Below the pieces are notes generated by a model. That model saw only the letters and a list, made by a program, of their open reading frames with translations, was not told the DNA's origin and did no database searches. A DNA stretch of 64,000 nucleotides, from positions 78,978 to 142,977 of the forward strand of contig JAAFJY010000001.1 of NCBI GenBank assembly GCA_013299105.1, in the 5' to 3' direction. Numbering within the stretch: position 1 is the first letter of the stretch; every line of letters begins with the position of its first letter. The translations under genes were made by a program, and so were the position numbers. The stretch comes from Chitinophagales bacterium. Its GTDB lineage: Bacteria; Bacteroidota; Bacteroidia; Chitinophagales; Saprospiraceae. Below are positions 56,458 to 64,000 of this stretch, piece by piece.

Positions 56458-56484
56458 GCATGTCAACACCACAAACCCAAATCC

Positions 56485-57261
56485 ATGCTGGCAACTAGCA
56501 TTCCAGAACACGAAAAAGCTTTCTTTGAAACTGGCGAAGACGTCATGGGAAAAGCCTTCGACATCAGCGAACAGAGCCTGGTAGTGCCTGGTGAAAAACG
56601 CAAACTGCCTTTCTTCTTCTGCCCCCGCAGCAATGGCGATACCAGCTATCTTTACGAAGAAGAAACGCCCAAAGACCGCATTGTTTTGCACTTCACCGCA
56701 GGCTATTTGCGCGGCGATGTGGCCACGCTTACCACCCCGGATTTTCACGTTTCAGTGCCCTTTATCATCGCCCGGAGCGGGGCGATCGTCAACCTTTGGT
56801 CTTCCAAGTACTGGAGCTATCACCTCGGCCCCGGAGCCGTAGGCGGAAATACCGAAATGAGCAAGCGCAGCATCGCCATCGAGATTTCCAACATCGGCTA
56901 CCTCAAACCCATTGGCGACAAGCTGGTGACGCTCTACAGCGATCGAGACGTGTACTGCACCCGCCGCGAGCGCCGTTTTTACAACAAACTGGACCAGCCT
57001 TATCGCGGACAAACCCATTTCGCAGCCTTTACCGACGATCAGTACAAAAACCTGGCCCGTTTGCTGCGTTACTTGTGCGCTGCCTATAATATTCCAGCCA
57101 CTTTTTTGCCTGAAAACAAACGCTACGAAACGTTCAGTCCAGCCGAAGCAGAGGCTTTTAGGGGCATCAGCTCGCATGTAAATTACCGCCCCAATGGCAA
57201 ATGGGACATCGGACCAGCTTTTGATTGGGCTCGTTTGATCAAGGCGGTAGGGAAAATTTAA
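56485..57261 (+). CDS. N-acetylmuramoyl-L-alanine amidase (Amidase_2-like)
   Basis: IVLHFTAG, WSYHLG, SIAIEI.N.G, FT.DQY..L..L, SHVN..K.D.GP.FDW. Confidence 0.8.
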   Translation: MLATSIPEHEKAFFETGEDVMGKAFDISEQSLVVPGEKRKLPFFFCPRSNGDTSYLYEEETPKDRIVLHFTAGYLRGDVATLTTPDFHVSVPFIIARSGAIVNLWSSKYWSYHLGPGAVGGNTEMSKRSIAIEISNIGYLKPIGDKLVTLYSDRDVYCTRRERRFYNKLDQPYRGQTHFAAFTDDQYKNLARLLRYLCAAYNIPATFLPENKRYETFSPAEAEAFRGISSHVNYRPNGKWDIGPAFDWARLIKAVGKI

Positions 57262-57722
57262 GCCTTCACCAACTGATAAAGCAAATTAACCTGCCCCTGG
57301 TGATAGGCATCGTGCTCTAGGATACCTTGCAACAAAAAAGCATAACGATAAGGTCTGCCTGGTACTTTTTCCAGTAATTTTTCGGTACTCATTTTTTCGA
57401 TACAGGCCAGCATTTGCGCTTGGTTTTCCTTCAATTCAGACAGGACTTCCTCCCAGCTCGGTGCGCTTTCGTCCGAGGGCCAATCGGCTTCGCTATTGAG
57501 CTCGATGTCGAACCCTTCGTTGTTTTTCAACTTTTCCAGGGCAAAAACCCGCCAGGCCAGCAAGTGCCGGGTCAATCGCATGATGCTGCGGCCTGCAATG
57601 GAGTGCAAAGCTTCTTCCGTGCTGATGCGTTCCAGGCTTTCCAGCAGGCTTTCGCCGTACCAAGTTTTTCCCTCAAAATTTTGGGTAAACTGTTGACAGA
57701 GTTGGGCGGTGGGTGTGCGCAT
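57258..57722 (-). CDS. DinB family protein
   Basis: F.G..W.G.SL, SI..L..H...W, GI.EHD.YH.GQ. Confidence 0.85.
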   Translation of the reverse strand: MRTPTAQLCQQFTQNFEGKTWYGESLLESLERISTEEALHSIAGRSIMRLTRHLLAWRVFALEKLKNNEGFDIELNSEADWPSDESAPSWEEVLSELKENQAQMLACIEKMSTEKLLEKVPGRPYRYAFLLQGILEHDAYHQGQVNLLYQLVKA

Positions 57723-57856
57723 GGTGGAGTGAATTTGATGCAAAGTCGGCTCAAACTTTTAATGCAACAAATAAAAAAAGTTACATTTATTGAAGGTAGA
57801 CCGCCGTATTGTGTGCAGATTCGGACAGGGCGGACAGGTCGTGTTGGACTAACCAT

Positions 57857-58543
57857 TCAGTAAGAAATGCCTACTCGATCGGCAATGGCCCTAGCAAAGG
57901 CTGCGTATTCGCTTTCTTTTTGGCATTGTTGCTCCAAAATGTGACGGGCTTGAAGGTCTCCATCCCTAGCTTTCAATGCGCAGTAGGCTATGGTTCTTAC
58001 CCTATCGCTGCGCTGTTTGACCAGGTCCGGGCGATTCAGACCCAAAACCATTTCTGTAGTTATTCCTCTGGTTCCTTTTGGAATAACATTGGCCGTACCA
58101 GTTTTGGCATCAAAAATGAAGTCAAAAAAATCACCCGGTTCTTCTTCCACAGGATTGACCAGCGGCCCGCCCGTTTGTGCATCTGGAAACTGGTCTCCTT
58201 TGTTTTCTTTGGAATTGCAGCGCCCACAAGCGAGTAAAAGGTTTTCCCACTCAAAGCACAATTCAGAAAAAATGACTTTCGGTCGAAAATGCTCAATGTC
58301 ACCAAAGTCGATGTGCAGGACCTGGCTTTCGCAATAAGCACACTTGCCGTTAAACATTTGCTTGAGGGCAGCTTTGATGTCTTTGTGGTTGTATTTTTTC
58401 TCGGCTTTTTTCTTGTTGTTTTGGGCAGTTTTATTGCGAGGGTTGTTGTTTGATCCAGTAATGGCCTGTTGGTAATTGTTGCGCCAGTTATCTGCTTGAT
58501 CCACTAAAATAGAGGGTTTAGCAATTCTTTCTACCTTAATCAT
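57857..58543 (-). CDS. ptuB: HNH endonuclease, PtuB-like
   Basis: F.GKCAYCE, DIEHFRPK, WENLLLAC..CN, LVNPVEE, T...LGLNR..L; overlaps the ATPase gene by 4 nt. Confidence 0.75.
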   Translation of the reverse strand: MIKVERIAKPSILVDQADNWRNNYQQAITGSNNNPRNKTAQNNKKKAEKKYNHKDIKAALKQMFNGKCAYCESQVLHIDFGDIEHFRPKVIFSELCFEWENLLLACGRCNSKENKGDQFPDAQTGGPLVNPVEEEPGDFFDFIFDAKTGTANVIPKGTRGITTEMVLGLNRPDLVKQRSDRVRTIAYCALKARDGDLQARHILEQQCQKESEYAAFARAIADRVGISY

Positions 58544-59952
58544 TTCCAGTGCTGCTTGATAAACTCGTTCAATTTTTGGTCCGCTTCCGATTGTTCTACA
58601 CCATACCCTAGTGCCATTTCTACAAAAGGCAGGGTTTTTTGCAGCTCTTTTTCTTCGGAGGCATTGAGTTTAGGTTTGCGCTTCAAGGCATAGTATTTGT
58701 CGATTTGCTTTTGGGTTTCTTCTGAAAAAGCAGAAACCAGACCAAATGCTTCGCTTTGTAAAATCTGGTCTACACTCATGGCGTGGAGGTTTTTGATTCG
58801 TTCTATTTCTACTTGTCGGTTTTTGCGATAAAAACGATAAGTGACTGCATCTTTTCCCGCTCCAACTGCTACAATTGGGCTATGGGTGGCTACGACAAAT
58901 TGCAAATTAGGGAACGTTCTTCTCAGCAAGCCCGCGATTTGCCTTTGCCAAGTTGGATGCAAATGAATATCCAACTCGTCGATCAAGACCACACCCTCTT
59001 CATGGAGCGGATTGTCGCTTTTGGGAAAAGCCTCAATGAGTCGCCAAACTAAATCACCAACCAATGCCATGATGCTGCGAAACCCGTCAGATAAGACAGA
59101 GGTACTGACTTTATGTTCTCCTGTTTTGAACCAAATTCGACCTTCCGCATCAATGCTGTCGAAACTATTGCCTGCTGGCAACAATTGATTGATGGCCTGG
59201 ATCCCCCATTGCAACTGCTGCTTGGCAATAAAATCATCGTTTTTCGAAATCCGATAATCCAAATAAACCAACCAAGTATGGAAACCTGCTAATGGTTCAT
59301 CTTCTTTGAATTGGCTATAAAAATTATTGAAACGCAAAGGTTTTTGCAAGGAAGGGACCCTAATGCTATCTTTACGAGTCAAGCGTCGGAATGCGCCATA
59401 CCCAGCTCCAAACCAACCTGCTTGTCCGTCTAGGTAGTCTAGCAACCAGGGAATAATGCGATTTTCATCTACTGATTCAAGGATCATCGGCTCCGAATAA
59501 ACCCGATCATTGATCTTTATTTTTTCGTGCCCGGTGATGAAGAGTGAGTATTCAAAATTACTGAATGCTAAGGGTTTTACTTTTACTTTTCTTTTTGGAT
59601 TATGTTCATTGAATGGGGCAGGTTCTTCTTGTGCAATATTGGTTTCTGTTGCTTTGATTTTGAAAAAACTACTGTCTAAATATTCACCGCCATCTTTTTC
59701 ACCCTGCTGTAAACGAATGTGGATAATCCCTTTTTTCGATTCATTGAGCAGCCAAGCATCAGGTGTCATCAAGTTTTTAGCGCCATCTGGCCCCGCCAGT
59801 AAAAGCGCGATGGCCTGCAAAAAGGTACTTTTTCCCGTGCCGTTTTCACCCAATAAAGTAATCCAGGGGTAGGGTTTGGTCTTCGTACCCAAACGCAGCG
59901 TTTGCTGCTCGAAGCACTTGATGTTTTCCAAGCTTATTTCCTCTACCCACAT
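58540..59952 (-). CDS. ptuA: ABC/AAA_21-type ATPase, PtuA-like
   Basis: LENIKCF, GENGTGKS, LSDGFRS, GVVLIDELDIHLHP.WQR, FP..QF..ATHSP. Confidence 0.75.
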   Translation of the reverse strand: MWVEEISLENIKCFEQQTLRLGTKTKPYPWITLLGENGTGKSTFLQAIALLLAGPDGAKNLMTPDAWLLNESKKGIIHIRLQQGEKDGGEYLDSSFFKIKATETNIAQEEPAPFNEHNPKRKVKVKPLAFSNFEYSLFITGHEKIKINDRVYSEPMILESVDENRIIPWLLDYLDGQAGWFGAGYGAFRRLTRKDSIRVPSLQKPLRFNNFYSQFKEDEPLAGFHTWLVYLDYRISKNDDFIAKQQLQWGIQAINQLLPAGNSFDSIDAEGRIWFKTGEHKVSTSVLSDGFRSIMALVGDLVWRLIEAFPKSDNPLHEEGVVLIDELDIHLHPTWQRQIAGLLRRTFPNLQFVVATHSPIVAVGAGKDAVTYRFYRKNRQVEIERIKNLHAMSVDQILQSEAFGLVSAFSEETQKQIDKYYALKRKPKLNASEEKELQKTLPFVEMALGYGVEQSEADQKLNEFIKQHWK

Positions 59953-59998
59953 ACGAATTGACTTTACTTTTGTTTTGAGCCTGAAAGGCGCTTCGCTA

Positions 59999-60159
59999 GA
60001 GTATGTTTAAATATTGGAGGCTTAGCCGGAAAACGAGGCAAATTTTGCCTAGTCGAGGCGGGAAAAGCGGAGTTATGCAGCGCATAATGAGCATTTTCCT
60101 AACGAAGAATAGGTGAAATTGGGCCGTTTTACGGCAAACAAAAAATTTTAAACATACTC
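59999..60159 (+). mobile_element. MITE family 3, full copy (161 bp)
   Basis: 13 bp TIR gagtatgtttaaa / tttaaacatactc, flanked by CTA and TTA; homologous to 1-93. Confidence 0.85.
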
Positions 60160-60273
60160 TTAGTCGATCAAAGTGCAAGATAGCAAATTCCTTACAACTA
60201 TCCAATTTGATCGGGTCTTGGTTGAAGGGCAGTTTGAGCCGTTATCAGGTGGGCTCAAACTGCCTTAAAATCC

Positions 60274-61125
60274 CTACAAACTCTTCAAATACTCAATGCT
60301 CTTGGGCACGTTCACCATTTCATTGTTGCTTTCATCTTCAATGAAAATGTGTTTGATTCCAATTTTGTTGGCCAGTTTGAGTAAAGCTTTCCAATTGGCT
60401 TGGCCAGTACCCAATACCACATCGTTTTCTGCCGGAGTATGGCCTGTGAAGTCGCCCACTACCCCTTTTTTGAAGTCTTTGGCGTGGATCAACTGCCAGC
60501 GTGAACCGTATTTTTTCATCAGCTTGACCGGGTCAGCTCCGCCATGCAGGGCCCAGAGGATGTCCAATTCGAAGGAGACGTAAGCCGGATTGGTGTTTTG
60601 AATGATGTAGTCCATCAAAGTACCCTCTCCTTTGGGATTAGGCCGGAATTCGTAGCCGTGGTTGTGGTAGCAGAAAGTGATGCCGTTTTCTTTCAACACT
60701 TTTCCTGCTTCGTTGAACAGGGCTACGGCTTTTTGGGCGTCTTCAAACGTAAAGTCATCGCCTTTGTGCGGAATCCAGGCGCACATCACAAAGTTGGCAC
60801 CCGCTATTTTGGCTTGCTTTACCACCTCCATTGGTTTAGAAAGCATTTCATAACCTGCTCCAATCGACGGAATTTTCAGGCCGCGCTCGTCACAGGCTTT
60901 TCTCAAAGCTTCCATGGTCATGCCCGAAGCACCACCCTCCACTTCCGTAAAACCCATCGCTTTAATTTTGTCCAGCGTTTCGATCGGCGCTTTGGGAAAA
61001 TGATCCCGGAAAGTCCAACACTGGACCCCAAAAGCGTGTTTGTACAAGCCTTTCTTTTGCGCAGAAAGAGCATAAGTTGACAGCAACAGCAGGCAACAAG
61101 TCAAAAAAGAAATGTTCGTTTTCAT
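60274..61125 (-). CDS. Exported sugar phosphate isomerase/epimerase (AP endonuclease 2 TIM barrel)
   Basis: Signal peptide ..LSA|Q; GVQCWTFR, YHNHGYEF, FELDILW, H.KD, IFIEDE. Confidence 0.88.
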   Translation of the reverse strand: MKTNISFLTCCLLLLSTYALSAQKKGLYKHAFGVQCWTFRDHFPKAPIETLDKIKAMGFTEVEGGASGMTMEALRKACDERGLKIPSIGAGYEMLSKPMEVVKQAKIAGANFVMCAWIPHKGDDFTFEDAQKAVALFNEAGKVLKENGITFCYHNHGYEFRPNPKGEGTLMDYIIQNTNPAYVSFELDILWALHGGADPVKLMKKYGSRWQLIHAKDFKKGVVGDFTGHTPAENDVVLGTGQANWKALLKLANKIGIKHIFIEDESNNEMVNVPKSIEYLKSL

Positions 61126-61234
61126 GTTTGTTTATGTTGTTGGAAGAATTGTGATCGTGAATCCAGCCGAACCACGGCTGAAAACTGGCTAACAAGGTAC
61201 AATTTTGGCATTAGCCCAGCCAGTTTTATAACCT

Positions 61235-61780
61235 TTACTTTCCCCGCAAAGCCGCGTATAGGATCTTCCCGTCAATGGTGCCTCTTTGTTGCACCAAGTG
61301 TTCGGCAATGACGAGGCCCCTTTCGATGCGCCGATCTGAACTTTTAGCATTGTTAGCGATGTAGAGTAGGGAGCGTTTTTTACCAGGCGTCAGGGCATCG
61401 AAATGTGCTTTGGCTGCTGGATCGCTTTCCAGAATGGCTTCGAATTCTTCGGGCATGGGCAGGCCGAATTCACTGTCGTCTTTGCGCAGGGCCACTTTGA
61501 TGGGCATACCAGGCTTGAGCTTGAATTTGTCGCGGTTTTTCTTGTTGATGCTGATCACAAAATCACCATTGCCATTGGATAAAAGAGCACATTGCCATTC
61601 CAAAGCATCATTGATGCGACATACAATTCGCTTGTCGGGCGCAATATCAACCACAGCCTGTACGATATGTGGAGGCACCATGAGATGTGCGCCCCAGATG
61701 TTGTTGCCGGAATCGCCTACAAACGAATGAAATTCAAAAACTTCATCGGCCGCTGCCATTTTGAATATTTTTGACAGCAA
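61235..61780 (-). CDS. DUF1905 plus YdeI/OmpD-associated domain protein
   Basis: KRIVC.IN, ..INKK.R, FGLPMPEEF..L..D..A..F..LTPGKKRS..R. Confidence 0.8.
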   Translation of the reverse strand: MLSKIFKMAAADEVFEFHSFVGDSGNNIWGAHLMVPPHIVQAVVDIAPDKRIVCRINDALEWQCALLSNGNGDFVISINKKNRDKFKLKPGMPIKVALRKDDSEFGLPMPEEFEAILESDPAAKAHFDALTPGKKRSLLYIANNAKSSDRRIERGLVIAEHLVQQRGTIDGKILYAALRGK

Positions 61781-61798
61781 GTTACGAAAATTTGATAT

Positions 61799-63262
61799 TC
61801 AAAGAGCAGCCAAGTACTCCAATTTCTGCAAAAGCTCCTGCAAATCGGCTTCAGTAGTCATTGGGTTCATCAAGCTTACTCGCAGCCAGTGTCTCCCTCC
61901 CAGCAGGGTCTGTACAACATAATAATGTCCCTCTTGTAAGATTTTTTCACGCAAGCTGCGGTTGAGTTGGTCCAGTTTATCTTCCTCGGCTTGCTCGTAA
62001 CGAAAGCATACGATGTTGCTCTCTGGTTCGCATGCCAGCTCGAATTTGGGATTTTGGCGGATCATCCCAGCAAAACTACGGGCCAAATTATACTGCCGAT
62101 CCACCACCGTTTGAAAAGCACGTTCGCCATAAGTTTGCAGCAAAGTGTAAATCTTGAAGCACATCATATATTTGGTGCATTCAAAAGTGCGCTTGGCTGA
62201 GTTGAACCATTCTTCCACATTGTTTTGCCAAAGGTATTGTGCCTTTTGGTGGAAAGTAGAATAGCTGTTGTGGCCATTCTTGAACAACAAAACCGTCGCT
62301 AAGGCCGGAGTCATCAGCATTTTGTGAAAATCCATCACGAAGGAATCGGCTTTTTCCACCCCGTGCAATAAGTAGCGGTACTGCTTGGAATAAAGTACTG
62401 CCCCACCATGCGCACCATCCACATGAAACCAAAGCCCGTGTTTTTTGGCAAAATCCCCTAAAGCTACTAAATCATCATAGGAGCCACTTGAAGTGCTGCA
62501 AGCGCTGCCCACTACTGCAAAAACCCTGAGCCCTTGCACTTGGGCTGCGGCTAAACGCTCCTCCAATAACCCAGTGCGCAGTTTAAAACAAGGATCGGTT
62601 GGAATTTTAATCACTCCTGCTGAGCCCAGGCCCATGATCCGTGCCGCCCGGTCCACGCAATAATGGGCTTCTTCGCTGACGATGATGGCCAATTTTTGAT
62701 TACTATGTCCATTCTCCCATATGTTTTCAGGAATTTTTACTGCACGGGCCGTCAACAGGGCTGTGAGGTTGGCCAAAGAACCACCTGAGGTAATCAAGCC
62801 GTTGCTGCCTGGGACAAAGCCAATTTTTTGGCAAAGCTCATCGCAAATGACTTTTTCAATGGCATTGGCGGCCATGCCCATTTCGTACACGCCCGCACCT
62901 TGGTTCATGATGTCGGAAACCAACCCAGCCAAAGCCGCCAATGGTGCTACCACTGCCGTTTGATGCCCAATGTATCGAGGATGCTGGGTACGTACTGAAC
63001 GATCTATGAGGTCTTGCGTCAATTCCAATAGTGGTTCTTCCTCTGGTTTCAGTTTCTTTGCTTGCCAAAAAGCCAGGCTTTCTTCCGGGCTTTGATGGGG
63101 AAAAACCAAGGAATCTTTTTGGCTGTGAACAGCTTCTAAATGATTGGCCAATAAATCAATCAAAGCATGGCCTTGCTGACGAAAACTATCCGCAGAGTAG
63201 ATTTTTTGCACCAAGGTTTCAGGATCAACACTTGGAGATTGAGCGCTGAGAAGCTGTGACAT
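61799..63262 (-). CDS. Group II PLP-dependent decarboxylase (diaminobutyrate/aromatic amino acid decarboxylase-like)
   Basis: HPRYIGHQ, SGGSLANLTAL..AR, S..AHY, WFHVDGAHGG, DS...DFHK (PLP lysine), VCFRY. Confidence 0.9.
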   Translation of the reverse strand: MSQLLSAQSPSVDPETLVQKIYSADSFRQQGHALIDLLANHLEAVHSQKDSLVFPHQSPEESLAFWQAKKLKPEEEPLLELTQDLIDRSVRTQHPRYIGHQTAVVAPLAALAGLVSDIMNQGAGVYEMGMAANAIEKVICDELCQKIGFVPGSNGLITSGGSLANLTALLTARAVKIPENIWENGHSNQKLAIIVSEEAHYCVDRAARIMGLGSAGVIKIPTDPCFKLRTGLLEERLAAAQVQGLRVFAVVGSACSTSSGSYDDLVALGDFAKKHGLWFHVDGAHGGAVLYSKQYRYLLHGVEKADSFVMDFHKMLMTPALATVLLFKNGHNSYSTFHQKAQYLWQNNVEEWFNSAKRTFECTKYMMCFKIYTLLQTYGERAFQTVVDRQYNLARSFAGMIRQNPKFELACEPESNIVCFRYEQAEEDKLDQLNRSLREKILQEGHYYVVQTLLGGRHWLRVSLMNPMTTEADLQELLQKLEYLAAL

Positions 63263-63432
63263 AGCGACCGGATTTGCACCAAAAAAACAGGGCAGCGCCG
63301 AAGCCTGCCCTACCACAAATTAGATGCTGAAACAAAAACTATTTTTCAATTCAAATATACGCTTGTTTTCAATGAAAAAAAATACTTAATTTTGATTGAT
63401 TGATTCAAAAAATGAATTGATTTACAGCTTTT

Positions 63433-64000
63433 ATGACCATACCTCAACTTAAAAATTTCCTGGTACTGGCCGAAACCTTGAATTTTCGGCAAGCAGCCGA
63501 GCAAATTCTCATCGCCCAGCCGGCCTTGAGCCGTCAGATTCAACAACTGGAAGAAGAAATCGGTTCCCAGCTCTTTGCCCGCAACAGCAGAAATGTGGAA
63601 TTGACCAAAAGTGGGGCATATTTTCGCAATGAGGTGGATCGCCTGTTGGGCCAATTGGAGTATGCTTGCCAACGTGCCACAGCTATCGAAAAAGGCGTAG
63701 TGGGAACCCTGCGCATCGGCCACGCCAGCTCGACGATGCAGTCGGTACTTCCAGGTTTGATCAAAAACCTGCATGAGTCTCTGCCAGGGGTAAAAATTGT
63801 ACTCTATGAAATCACCAACCGCCAGCAAATGGAGATGTTGCGGCATCGGGAAATCGATTTCGGGTTCATGCCCAATACCTTTGTACCCGAAGACCTGCGC
63901 TCCAGGGTAGTATACCGAGAACCTTTCACTTTGATTTTACCGCAAAATCATCGCCTGAACGCCCAGAACTTCAAAAGCTTGCGGGACTTGAAGGATGAGA
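63433..64000 (+). CDS. LysR family regulator, runs off the window end (absent from the ORF track)
   Basis: Manual translation MTIPQLKNFLVLAETLNFRQAAEQILIAQPALSRQIQQLEEEIGSQLFARNSRNVELT; divergent from the decarboxylase. Confidence 0.93.
   Translation, partial: MTIPQLKNFLVLAETLNFRQAAEQILIAQPALSRQIQQLEEEIGSQLFARNSRNVELTKSGAYFRNEVDRLLGQLEYACQRATAIEKGVVGTLRIGHASSTMQSVLPGLIKNLHESLPGVKIVLYEITNRQQMEMLRHREIDFGFMPNTFVPEDLRSRVVYREPFTLILPQNHRLNAQNFKSLRDLKDE

Noticed and set aside
59953-60273. Retron msr-msd upstream of the PtuA/PtuB-like pair
   Set aside because: The inverted repeats here are the TIRs of MITE family 3 (also seen at 1-93), and no reverse transcriptase gene is nearby.
63346-63846. 166 aa minus-strand ORF
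   Set aside because: Antisense shadow of the LysR gene starting at 63433.
1-64000. tRNA, rRNA, tmRNA, RNase P or SRP RNA genes
   Set aside because: I found no diagnostic conserved motifs by eye. A tRNAscan-SE or cmscan run would be needed to exclude them fully.

Overview
Chromosomal window from a Bacteroidota genome, plausibly Saprospiraceae (Haliscomenobacter-like). That placement is inferred from TAnnTTTG promoters, signal peptides cleaved before Gln, and the HU-TPR-bS22-RNase E/G gene order. Most of it is housekeeping and metabolic genes: panE-like, prs, prfA, fahA, apaG, gmk, yicC, HU, RNase E/G, M1 and S41 peptidases, and flavin oxidoreductases. I found no rRNA, tRNA, CRISPR array or transposase gene. 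Four things stand out. (1) A 2.1 kb protein-free gap (11036-13239) appears to hold three tandem, paralogous ~210-240 nt RNA genes. Each has a TAGGG-N4-CCCTA box exactly 23 nt upstream of a TAnnTTTG promoter element, a shared 3' motif and its own terminator. (2) A 41-55.7 kb signalling island contains an exported caspase-TPR overlapping a histidine kinase that lacks a folded sensor domain, two further kinases with near-identical cores but unrelated sensors, a duplicated kinase-tail plus AAA/PD-(D/E)XK unit (second copy frameshifted), a receiver protein and a receiver-cyclase. (3) There is a Septu-like ATPase/HNH pair and a soluble Clp-type AAA/M41 protease fusion. (4) At least three MITE families and several REP-like palindromes and short tandem arrays sit between genes. 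All product calls come from motif recognition, not database searches.
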